Source of the DNA: a virus | Lineage: Duplodnaviria; Caudoviricetes | IMG/VR virus record: IMGVR_UViG_3300028591_000166 | Coordinates: 16,586-80,585 of that record | Reading direction: 5' to 3' (one strand) | Length of the DNA: 64,000 bases | Shown here: positions 56,337 through 64,000 of the stretch, piece by piece | Layout: every line of letters begins with the position of its first letter | How positions within the stretch are numbered: the first letter of the stretch is position 1 | Made by a program: the position numbers and the translations under genes | Notes under the pieces: model-generated | The model's database searches: none | Told to the model about the DNA's origin: nothing | What the model saw: only the letters and a program-made list of their open reading frames with translations

Positions 56337-56619
56337 CTAACCACGTTTTCATCATATCTGCTAGTGAATATGTCATCTTTTCATTTTCTAAAATAAACTC
56401 TGGACTAATACAAATTTTAAATATACATTTATCGGGAATTTCTAACCTAACTAAAATGTGATTAAAGTCAGGATAATCATCAATAATGAATTTAATGTTT
56501 GGAATAGATATATCTTTATCTAAGTTTTCTAATTCCTTTAAAGCATTCTTTTTATAATCTTTACCAACAAATTCTTTTGCGTTTTTAATTAATATTTCTG
56601 CTATCTCATCTCTTGTCAT
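56308..56619 (-). CDS. Hypothetical protein (103 aa)
   Basis: From the ORF track. GAGG RBS. Confidence 0.65.
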   Translation of the reverse strand: MTRDEIAEILIKNAKEFVGKDYKKNALKELENLDKDISIPNIKFIIDDYPDFNHILVRLEIPDKCIFKICISPEFILENEKMTYSLADMMKTWLDAGATYYEK

Positions 56620-56911
56620 TACTAAATACCTCTTTTAACAAATCAAATTCTTCTTGGGTTAATATACCATAACATTTTTCAAATATGTTTTCTTTGGTGC
56701 AAAAATTATGAAAAGCCATATATTCGATATATTCATCATAGCTATCAAAATCTTTTTCAATAAATAGCATACAATCAATATGTTTTTCTTTAATAATCTT
56801 TAATGCTTTGAGTTCTTTTTCAATAACTTTTTTGCCTTTTTTAAATTCATCACTATATTTGTAATTATTTAGATTTTTACAAATCTTTTTAAAATAACCT
56901 TTACTTGTCAT
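56606..56911 (-). CDS. Hypothetical protein (101 aa)
   Basis: From the ORF track. GGAG RBS. Confidence 0.65.
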   Translation of the reverse strand: MTSKGYFKKICKNLNNYKYSDEFKKGKKVIEKELKALKIIKEKHIDCMLFIEKDFDSYDEYIEYMAFHNFCTKENIFEKCYGILTQEEFDLLKEVFSNDKR

Positions 56912-57402
56912 TGTATCTCCTCATCACTATGTATTCTTTTTATAAAGAAGGCATAAGCATTTGATATCTTGTGCAGGTTGCGAGCATGAGTTCTAGCGGC
57001 TGTATCACCAGTATGATAATTGATGAAGTATTCATCAGAACCACAGACAGATTTAACTATACCTAGTTCAAATCTATCACCATTCTGATATATCACAGGC
57101 TCACCTACAGTATATGTAGATATATTATTTTCTTTGTATTCATTTAATGCAGCTTCTGCATCTTTATATTCAGCATCAGTTACTCGTACAAGTGCAGTAA
57201 CTGATCTTGCATCTAAAGGATAACTTATAGATAAATATTTTGAACCTTGTATACCTAGTGGAGTTATAGATAATGTATGCATAAGTATATCTAACAACAC
57301 ATGTTTTGCATCATTTACATCTCTGTGTTGTATATAGCCAGGAATAGCTTTTCTAATTTTTTCTAAATCTTTATCAAGTCTTTCGTATGTTTCGTTATTC
57401 AT
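56908..57402 (-). CDS. Hypothetical protein (about 164 aa; start revised from 57498)
   Basis: GAGG RBS precedes ATG 57402 (MNNETYERL), which overlaps the ATPase stop. The longer track start overlaps the ATPase by ~100 nt. Confidence 0.65.
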   Translation of the reverse strand: MNNETYERLDKDLEKIRKAIPGYIQHRDVNDAKHVLLDILMHTLSITPLGIQGSKYLSISYPLDARSVTALVRVTDAEYKDAEAALNEYKENNISTYTVGEPVIYQNGDRFELGIVKSVCGSDEYFINYHTGDTAARTHARNLHKISNAYAFFIKRIHSDEEIQ

Positions 57403-58093
57403 CTTTGTACCTCTTGTTTTTCTTGCTTCTTGTTTTATACACATAGTTTTTATATCTTGTGTATGACTTAAACACCATAGATTTAAATGTACAAGCATCT
57501 ATACATACAGAGTTATATGGGTTATTATATGTAAACTCATAACTATTGATAGGTGCTATACCATAAAATGTTATGTTATTATCCTCACATTCTTTAACTA
57601 CCATAGATATAACATTTTTTAGATCGTTAATCATATCAAGTGAAGTACCTGCATCTAGGTCATCCATGAATAGAAACAATGTTTTACCACTATTGTTTTT
57701 ATCCTGTATCCATTTTTTAAGATAAATCAAACCTGTGACATAGCGATGTGATATACTTTCACCGTTTGATTGTAACATTGATATTGCATGAGAATTTAAG
57801 AACTGACCTTCTGTAGCATAATATCTACTATCTACATCAAACTTAAAGTAGCCAACATTAACATCTAGTGCGTTTTTATTGAACGCTCTTGCTATAGGGT
57901 TTGTCATATATGAGACAATATTCACTGCTTTTTTACTATCTACATAATCTTCTATCTGTAAGAGCAATGTTGATTTACCATAACCATTACACCCACAGAT
58001 GTAAGTTATAGTATTAGGTTTAAGGTCTATGGACTTGTGTGCATAGAGATATACTTCCTCATCATAGTATCTTCTTATTATAGGTATAATCAT
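57395..58093 (-). CDS. Stand-alone ABC-type ATPase (232 aa)
   Basis: Walker A GCNGYGKST, signature-like QSNGE, Walker B/D-loop LFMDDLDAGTS. Confidence 0.85.
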   Translation of the reverse strand: MIIPIIRRYYDEEVYLYAHKSIDLKPNTITYICGCNGYGKSTLLLQIEDYVDSKKAVNIVSYMTNPIARAFNKNALDVNVGYFKFDVDSRYYATEGQFLNSHAISMLQSNGESISHRYVTGLIYLKKWIQDKNNSGKTLFLFMDDLDAGTSLDMINDLKNVISMVVKECEDNNITFYGIAPINSYEFTYNNPYNSVCIDACTFKSMVFKSYTRYKNYVYKTRSKKNKRYKDE

Positions 58094-58296
58094 AGCAATC
58101 CTCCATATTCAGCAGCCTTTTTAACCCATTCAGGTACTTTAACTTCTATCCCTATAGCTACTGGTAGAAACACAAAACCATTGCTGAATGTAATATAATT
58201 AGTTTTAACACCATCTACCACTGTAGTATGTGTAACTTTACTCATAGTGTATTCATTTATTGGTATAAATATTTTAACCTTCTTTTCTTCAGACAT
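58090..58296 (-). CDS. Hypothetical protein (68 aa)
   Basis: From the ORF track. Coupled to its neighbours. Confidence 0.6.
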   Translation of the reverse strand: MSEEKKVKIFIPINEYTMSKVTHTTVVDGVKTNYITFSNGFVFLPVAIGIEVKVPEWVKKAAEYGGLL

Positions 58297-58297
58297 T

Positions 58298-58480
58298 TTA
58301 TTTAACCTCTATAATGTTTCTTATGTGTGATGCACGGAAGTGCTCGTACTCTATATGGTACCATCTCTTTTTACCTAATCCTATGTACCCTTCTTTGAGG
58401 ATACCTTTTAATATAGTCCCATCATATAGAAGGACTTTAACGTATTTATCTATATATGTATTTACTAAACTTATTCTCAT
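58298..58480 (-). CDS. Hypothetical protein, possibly LSm-like beta fold (60 aa)
   Basis: YIDKYVKVLLYDGTILKGIL pattern; GAGG RBS. Confidence 0.5.
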   Translation of the reverse strand: MRISLVNTYIDKYVKVLLYDGTILKGILKEGYIGLGKKRWYHIEYEHFRASHIRNIIEVK

Positions 58481-58519
58481 ATTGTTACCTCTACTGTGTT
58501 CTTAATAGTGGCTATGTTT

Positions 58520-58557
58520 GATAATCTTTGTTACATGGCGTGCTAACAAAGATTATC
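58520..58557. repeat. 14-bp perfect inverted repeat with a 10-nt loop and no U-tail
   Basis: GATAATCTTTGTTA / TAACAAAGATTATC. Confidence 0.9.
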
Positions 58558-58577
58558 TGCACATACCCACAAATGAA

Positions 58578-58697
58578 TTAATCCCATCTTGATGGTGGTC
58601 TTTTATGATCATCATCTTCATTATTACCTTTAACTAAAGCAGCAATTATGAAGATTAGGATAAGTACACCAGATGCACCATATATTAACCATTCCAT
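58578..58697 (-). CDS. Unannotated 39-aa single-TM microprotein (MEWLIYGASGVLILIFIIAALVKGNNEDDDHKRPPSRWD)
   Basis: GGAG RBS, start overlaps the upstream stop, and there is a clear TM helix. Confidence 0.65.
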   Translation of the reverse strand: MEWLIYGASGVLILIFIIAALVKGNNEDDDHKRPPSRWD

Positions 58698-59044
58698 ACC
58701 ATTCTCCATACGTATTTCAAATCATTAAAATCTGTAAATCTTTTTGACTCAATGAACTTACTAAACTGTTCATCCTGTCCTTTAATGTAATATATGAACT
58801 CTGTGCCATGAGCACAAACATATTTATCGTAGTAAAAGTTTTTCTTTAACTCTTTGTAGAAGTCAGTGTAACTCATAGGTCTATCAGCGATGAGTTTGTA
58901 GTAAGCGTAAAGTGTTGTTGAGTTAACCTCTGTTGAGCATGCCTTCACCTTGTTGTATTCATCTTCAGTGAATGATACCTTTAAGCAGATAGGATCTATG
59001 AGAGATAGGAATTTATTAAATGTCATATCCTTCCTCCCACGCAT
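58685..59044 (-). CDS. Hypothetical protein (119 aa)
   Basis: From the ORF track. The true start is probably MTFNKF. Confidence 0.65.
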   Translation of the reverse strand: MRGRKDMTFNKFLSLIDPICLKVSFTEDEYNKVKACSTEVNSTTLYAYYKLIADRPMSYTDFYKELKKNFYYDKYVCAHGTEFIYYIKGQDEQFSKFIESKRFTDFNDLKYVWRMVWNG

Positions 59045-59234
59045 CCATCATACTTTCTAACTCATAGATGCTTATTGGTGTAAACACTTCTTTACCATCA
59101 GCTCTAGTTATTCTATATATCATGCAAGTCAGTTTATCTAACTCAACTGTACAGACTTCGCTTTCAAACCTATTGCTACCTATGATCTCTTTGAACCCTA
59201 TATTTAAGAGTGCCATACGAAGCTTGTTGTACAT
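59016..59234 (-). CDS. Hypothetical protein (72 aa)
   Basis: From the ORF track. Confidence 0.65.
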   Translation of the reverse strand: MYNKLRMALLNIGFKEIIGSNRFESEVCTVELDKLTCMIYRITRADGKEVFTPISIYELESMMDAWEEGYDI

Positions 59235-59236
59235 GT

Positions 59237-61036
59237 CTATTCATCTCCATCATCATCCGCTGTTCTTGTTGATGTCTTTATATCTGGAGCAAATGCTACC
59301 ATATCTTCGTAGTTCTGTTTAATGACTAAGCCTCTTATGTATTCTGTTCCACTTATATTAACTGGTTTAGGATCTAATCCACAAGCCTTTATAACTGTAG
59401 CAATGAGTGTAGTGAAACCATTACTACCTGTGTTTCTTATAGCCTTTCTACCATTTGCGTTGCAGTATTTCTGATAGAACTTATATAAATCAGCACGTTT
59501 AATCCTATCTCTAGGATTCATAGTAACCTCGAAACATTCTTCCCAGAAGGCTTTGATGATATCAGAATCCTTATAGTATTGATTGAACACATCTTGCCAG
59601 TCTTGTGGTACAGGTAGATCCTTTAGTCTCACACCTTTATATTTAAAGTAGTTCATATAGAGCCAACGTTCAATCTTAGGGTATTCTTTAGCAAGTTTGT
59701 TTAAGAGATCTGGGTCTTCATGTGGGATGACATAATCAAATGGCACAAGGATCAGTCTTCTGAAGATTGGTCTTAGGTTGGTCCACTCACCCATATTGAT
59801 GAGTGTGTTAGCGATGACAACAGGAGTACCACAGATATTGATATCGTAGTTAGCCTTATATGCTGGTCTTATCGTAGTCATAACCTTGTTGCCATACTCA
59901 TCTCTACCACCTTCAGTAAGATCCTTAATGTTTTGAGTGGAAGCAACCATTCTTTCATCTATCTCGTTAAAGATGAGTAAGCTCTTACCTGATGTCGCCG
60001 CTAAAGCATCATCTTTCTTGAACGATATTGATGGGTGTGCATTGATGAGGTCACTATTAAGCCTTGTAGCATAAGGCCCTAAGATATCCTGTAAAACCTT
60101 AATCACTGTACTCTTACCGTTTCTTCCTTCTTTACCTATCCAGTAAATCAAGACTTGGTTGTAGTTATATGGTGACATCATGTATGCAAGCACCTTACAG
60201 AAGTATTCATACTTAACAGGATCGTTCATCATATACTGCTTTAGGAGGTCTGTCCATATCTTTGGATCATCTTCATCATCTGGATCATACATAGGATCTA
60301 TCGCTATCCTAGCCATTGACTGAAGCATCATATCCTGTGTATCTTTAAACCTAACAGGTTCAAGCACCATATCATCCTTATCCATATGGAGTATGACACG
60401 CTTTCCGTCTACAGTTTTGAAGTACCTAATGTTCTCATTACTATTGATGATTGTCTGTGCTGTAGGTATTCTGAACGCATTACCACTCTTTAGGTTATTT
60501 ATGAGTGCCCTTATAGCAGGACCTTTTAACATTTCGCTTGCATATAACTTATATATACCATCGCCAGTCATATCTGCTTTATCATGAAGTGCTTGGAAGA
60601 AGTCCACTAGGAGTGCATTTAGCTGTTCACCTTTCTCTGTGGTCTTCCAGATACCTGTTGTGTTATCATACACAAGCCACTCATCTTTATCTTCTATATA
60701 CTTAACGAGTGAGTTAAGCCAACCAACTGTTGCTGTGTTTAGAGGCACTCCTCTATCTAGCAGTCTTTCAGCACCTTCTTTTAGGTTAAGTCTGCTATAA
60801 CTTCTTGTATCTCTGAACTCATATGCTTCATCTATGTGTTTATAGATCTCTCTTTTAAAGGATGAGAGATATGCAACATCCATACGATCGCTTGTCATCT
60901 TGGTATCCATAACTAAAGGTGTATCTTTAGTCCTTGGCATACTTGAAGCATTGTCTTCAACATTTACAGTCTGTTCTTGCTTTACTTCAGTATCAACATT
61001 AATCACATTATTAATCTCAGTTACTTTGTTATTCAT
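59237..61036 (-). CDS. D5/P4-type superfamily-3 replicative helicase with no recognisable primase domain
   Basis: D5_N-like WLVYDNTTGIWK, Walker A GKEGRNGKST, Walker B LLIFNEID, RRLILVPFD and a C-terminal winged helix (LYKFYQKYC..NG). Confidence 0.88.
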   Translation of the reverse strand: MNNKVTEINNVINVDTEVKQEQTVNVEDNASSMPRTKDTPLVMDTKMTSDRMDVAYLSSFKREIYKHIDEAYEFRDTRSYSRLNLKEGAERLLDRGVPLNTATVGWLNSLVKYIEDKDEWLVYDNTTGIWKTTEKGEQLNALLVDFFQALHDKADMTGDGIYKLYASEMLKGPAIRALINNLKSGNAFRIPTAQTIINSNENIRYFKTVDGKRVILHMDKDDMVLEPVRFKDTQDMMLQSMARIAIDPMYDPDDEDDPKIWTDLLKQYMMNDPVKYEYFCKVLAYMMSPYNYNQVLIYWIGKEGRNGKSTVIKVLQDILGPYATRLNSDLINAHPSISFKKDDALAATSGKSLLIFNEIDERMVASTQNIKDLTEGGRDEYGNKVMTTIRPAYKANYDINICGTPVVIANTLINMGEWTNLRPIFRRLILVPFDYVIPHEDPDLLNKLAKEYPKIERWLYMNYFKYKGVRLKDLPVPQDWQDVFNQYYKDSDIIKAFWEECFEVTMNPRDRIKRADLYKFYQKYCNANGRKAIRNTGSNGFTTLIATVIKACGLDPKPVNISGTEYIRGLVIKQNYEDMVAFAPDIKTSTRTADDDGDE

Positions 61037-61104
61037 TTACATGTCCTCTTATCTAAATGTTATTATACAATTATCTAAATGTATGTATGTATTAACCTTA
61101 CTTA

Positions 61105-61314
61105 TTATAACTCAATGCTATCATTAAGAGCAAGACTATTTACAATGTCTTCGTAGGTAGAACCAATCACTATAGCTCTACCTTCTAAAGTACCTATCAT
61201 AACTTCTTTATCATTCCTTAAAGTTAGATACCATTCAAACTTAGGGTATTCTTCTTTAAGTCTTTTCATGATTCTCTTAGCATATTCATTGATCAGTTTT
61301 CTTCTTTCTGTCAT
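61105..61314 (-). CDS. Hypothetical protein (69 aa)
   Basis: From the ORF track. GAGG RBS. Confidence 0.65.
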   Translation of the reverse strand: MTERRKLINEYAKRIMKRLKEEYPKFEWYLTLRNDKEVMIGTLEGRAIVIGSTYEDIVNSLALNDSIEL

Positions 61315-61571
61315 TCTTCTTCCTCACTTTGTTTTTTAAATCTTACGAGCTGTATATTCAGTTCCACTATTACATCTTTAAGTTCATCTATCTTTCTATA
61401 AGCATCCTCAAGCTTACATAGTGTATTTTCATACTCCTTCTCACTTACAGCAGTTTTTATTGTTGAATGTATATCACCACTTGGGGTAGCATTTATACCT
61501 GTTACTAAACCTGTAGTACTCGTTAGTGTCGGTGCTTCTTTTTCCATCATATTACTTAGACTATCAATCAT
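61311..61571 (-). CDS. Hypothetical coiled-coil protein (86 aa)
   Basis: From the ORF track. GGGAGG RBS; first gene after the leftward promoter. Confidence 0.7.
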   Translation of the reverse strand: MIDSLSNMMEKEAPTLTSTTGLVTGINATPSGDIHSTIKTAVSEKEYENTLCKLEDAYRKIDELKDVIVELNIQLVRFKKQSEEEE

Positions 61572-61595
61572 ACTATACCTCCCTTATCTACTATT

Positions 61596-61624
61596 ATTAT
61601 ACCACGAATGTAGAAAGATTGCAA
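61596..61624 (-). promoter_or_regulatory. SigmaA-type promoter for the leftward replication operon
   Basis: TTGCAA, 17-nt spacer, TGgTATAAT. Confidence 0.75.
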
Positions 61625-61659
61625 CTAAAATGTTAATAAATTGTAGAAATATTTACATT

Positions 61660-61976
61660 TAGTAGTATCTAGTAGTATGTTTAGTGGGTGTTTAGTAGTA
61701 TCCTTAAATTGCCAAAATTGCCCCAGATCTAGCGGAGAAATGGAAAAAAATTTTAAATTTAGTAGTATCAGTCCTATATTAATATAAAAAATTTGTCGCC
61801 TTAGTTTTAAATTTTTTTTTCTCTAACATGTGATACTACTAAAACATATATATAATATACAAAATATCCCTAGATTTAGACGTATTTTGTATATATAATC
61901 ATACTACTAATCATACTACTAAATAGGGGTTTTCATACTACTAATCATACTACTAAATATTAAGGTTATACTACTA
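61660..61976. repeat. Ten copies of ATACTACTA in two oppositely oriented clusters; putative replication origin
   Basis: TAGTAGTAT at 61660, 61670, 61693 and 61760. ATACTACTA at 61833, 61901, 61913, 61935, 61947 and 61968. The centre is AT-rich. Confidence 0.8.
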
Positions 61977-62183
61977 AATCTGACACAGTGGGTCTGTGTG
62001 CATAACTTCATACAATTATCATATAAAGAACATATAAGTAAGGTATAGTGAGAAGATGGTAAGAGGAACACGGAGAAATATGGACTAATGAATGAATATG
62101 AATATATACCCTTTAAACCAAGAGCGTTTTAAGAACCACCCCCTATACATCTATATGTCAAAGAACGTGTGCATTATTTAGGA

Positions 62184-62270
62184 TGCGAGGGAGGTCTACG
62201 TCGGCGTGTCCGATGCAGCGTGAGCGTAGCACCATGATGTATATATACATCTGGCATGACCTCTGACGCA
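62184..62270. other. GC-rich multibranch secondary-structure element
   Basis: Closing stems TGCG/CGCA and GAGGTC/GACCTC, internal hairpin CGTCGG/CCGATG, and palindrome GATGTATATATACATC. About 50% GC in two counted 60-mers. Confidence 0.55.
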
Positions 62271-62481
62271 AGCTATAAGCACACTGATTTGACTCAACTT
62301 ATATTCTCTTTGTTTATCTTTGTTAAAGTATTCTTATTGATTACTCTTAGGTCCTGACCACACAACCTTTCGCCTCTCAGTTGCGTACTCCTCACGCACT
62401 GTCTCCGTCTTTTGTCATTTTCCGTCTATAACTACACGTTGGTGTTCTTCCGTACAGCAAAATCAAAAAGGAGAATTTAAT

Positions 62482-62724
62482 ATGGTATTTAGAATTTTTA
62501 AAAAAGAAGAACTTGAAAAATTATCACTAATTAGTGGAGAATGGGAAGGATCTTACAATCCTAAAACTAAAAAGTGGTCTACAAACGGCAAACATACTAA
62601 AACTGCCGATGAAACCACAAGAAAGACCATTACTGCTATTCCTAGCATAGATGGATCTTTAGTATCAGTCGGTTTTGCCGATGATGCAACTGCTGACAAG
62701 TATGTCAATCAATTAAGAAAGTAA
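62482..62724 (+). CDS. First gene of the rightward (putative early) operon; hypothetical (80 aa)
   Basis: From the ORF track. AAGGAG RBS. Confidence 0.8.
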   Translation: MVFRIFKKEELEKLSLISGEWEGSYNPKTKKWSTNGKHTKTADETTRKTITAIPSIDGSLVSVGFADDATADKYVNQLRK

Positions 62725-62745
62725 GGTTTTTACCTTACTTTTTTT
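62719..62745 (+). terminator. Intrinsic terminator
   Basis: AAGTAAGGT / ACCTTACTT stem followed by a T-run. Confidence 0.8.
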
Positions 62746-62921
62746 AAAAGGAAGTATACCTCTTTATTGTATACTACATAGTTTAGAATACTGTTCTATG
62801 TATAAATAAAAACAGTAATAAAATAGTTAAAAAGACTTACACAATACTTTGGTCCGAGTATTGCTAGTCTCTTAAAGGACCATCTTATAGCAGGTTTAGT
62901 GGCTTTTACCTGCTAGATTCC

Positions 62922-62955
62922 AAAGGGATAGACATCCATTCATCTATCCCTTTTT
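62922..62955 (+). terminator. Intrinsic terminator closing a non-coding stretch
   Basis: AAAGGGATAGA / TCTATCCCTTT 11-bp stem followed by T residues. Confidence 0.75.
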
Positions 62956-63040
62956 ATAAATATAAATAACAGGCACAGTTTCGATAGTTCTGCGCCATAT
63001 AAATTAAAAACTGTCTATAAAAATAATATAAGGAGAGAAT

Positions 63041-63478
63041 ATGAAAAAATTAACTAAAGAATTAAAATTAAATAAAGATTTAACAATTAAAGAAGAATAT
63101 AAAAAAGTAATAACTGAAGCCGAAAGAAGAAGTTATTCCTATTTTGACTATACAAAAGAAAAAATACAAGAAATAGCATCTAAAGATTTAACTGAACTAA
63201 AAGTAAAAGATGGATTTTATTTAGTTCAAGCATTATACCCACAATATTTAGTATGTAGTGGATTGATTGATAACTTTTTAATATTTGAAATTAAAAAAGG
63301 AATGAGAGTTGATCCACCAAAATATTATTATAGAAACATAACAAGTTATTTAAACAATGATGACAAAAATAAATTTAATTATTTAGCAGCTGAAATTGTA
63401 GACTTATTTAAAGTAAATAATATTGAATACAATAAATTATGGGATGTGCTTATAAGAAATAGGTTATTTAAAAATTGA
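63041..63478 (+). CDS. Hypothetical protein (145 aa)
   Basis: From the ORF track. AAGGAG RBS. Confidence 0.75.
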   Translation: MKKLTKELKLNKDLTIKEEYKKVITEAERRSYSYFDYTKEKIQEIASKDLTELKVKDGFYLVQALYPQYLVCSGLIDNFLIFEIKKGMRVDPPKYYYRNITSYLNNDDKNKFNYLAAEIVDLFKVNNIEYNKLWDVLIRNRLFKN

Positions 63479-63490
63479 TAAGGAGAAAAT

Positions 63491-63967
63491 ATGAAAACAA
63501 TTAAAGAATTATTAGATTTTTTTGGGGTAGAATATAATAAGATTTACCGTCTTAAAACAAATACTGAAAAAGAAATAGGTTATTTTAAAATTGATAATAC
63601 TAATGGGAATCCTATAATTAAATATTCAAGTGATACAAAAATAATTAAAAAAGGAGGAGAAAAAATATATAATATATTACAACTTCGACATTGGGACTAT
63701 GAAGAATATCAAGAACCTATGCTTGATAAAGAAGAATATAAATATTTAAGTAATATAATCAAACCTTTCAAAGAAAGAGTAATAGCAATATATAAGATAA
63801 AATCAACAGGTAAAAATAAAGGATATAATTATATTTCAATTAAAGTTAAATCTTTAAGTGATCCTCAACTTGAAGAATATACTGATTTACCATTATTTGA
63901 AGCTGGTACTATGTATAAAGGTATAGAAGAAAATAAACCTTATACTATTGCGGAATTAGGACTATGA
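63491..63967 (+). CDS. Hypothetical protein (158 aa)
   Basis: From the ORF track. AAGGAG RBS. The C-terminus LPLFEAGTMYKGIEENKPYTIAELGL recalls a recurrent Bacillota phage motif. Confidence 0.75.
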   Translation: MKTIKELLDFFGVEYNKIYRLKTNTEKEIGYFKIDNTNGNPIIKYSSDTKIIKKGGEKIYNILQLRHWDYEEYQEPMLDKEEYKYLSNIIKPFKERVIAIYKIKSTGKNKGYNYISIKVKSLSDPQLEEYTDLPLFEAGTMYKGIEENKPYTIAELGL

Positions 63968-64000
63968 ATAAAAGATGTTATATAATTACAGATAATTTTA
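63964..64000 (+). CDS. Start of the next gene, truncated by the window edge (MNKRCYIITDNF...)
   Basis: ATGA overlap with the upstream stop; the frame is open to the window end. Confidence 0.5.
   Translation, partial: MNKRCYIITDNF

Noticed and set aside
57403-57498. N-terminal extension of ORF 56908..57498
   Set aside because: It overlaps the ATPase gene; a better start with an RBS exists at 57402.
61660-61976. Repeats as a possible CRISPR array
   Set aside because: The units are 9-13 bp, irregularly spaced and in two orientations, with no 25-40 bp repeat-spacer periodicity or cas genes.
62184-62270. Structured element as a tRNA or known ribozyme
   Set aside because: No T-arm (GTTCRA) or CCA-type acceptor pattern, and no hammerhead CUGAUGA/GAAA core; kept only as an unclassified structure.
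1-64000. Alternative genetic code (TGA=Trp or TAG=Gln)
   Set aside because: Code 11 gives dense, tightly coupled ORFs including an 8057-aa frame. TGA stops occur in ATGA overlaps and Trp is encoded by TGG in the frames I read.

Overview
The window is most of an AT-rich, code-11, tailed dsDNA phage genome with podovirus-like virion genes: TerL, portal, scaffold, N4-gp56-type major capsid, adaptor, nozzle, tail fibres and a candidate internal protein. SD motifs (AGGAG/GGAGG) and sigmaA-type promoters suggest a low-GC Bacillota-type host (inference). Nearly all genes from 1139 to 61571 are on the minus strand. A ~900 bp non-coding divergence region (61572-62481) holds ten iteron-like 9-mers and a GC-rich structured element. 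Plus-strand genes occur at both window ends. The main result is a single 24,174 nt ORF (1139..25312, 8057 aa, ~38% of the window) containing the catalytic motifs of both barrels of a two-barrel (cellular-type) RNA polymerase in one chain: beta-like FED, K-x7-K-G and R-x3-G-x2-LE, and beta-prime-like RxP followed by DNDGD. The same chain has DEDD 3'-5' exonuclease motifs and N-terminal Gly-rich hydrophobic segments. I infer a giant ejected virion RNA polymerase polyprotein. A second notable locus (30561-31865) is an agr-like cassette: a multi-TM protein, an unannotated 47-aa aromatic peptide, and an AgrB-like peptidase fused to a C-terminal HTH-like domain. No tRNA, CRISPR array, integrase, DNA polymerase or recognisable endolysin was seen in the window. 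All family assignments are from motifs read by eye; no database search was run.
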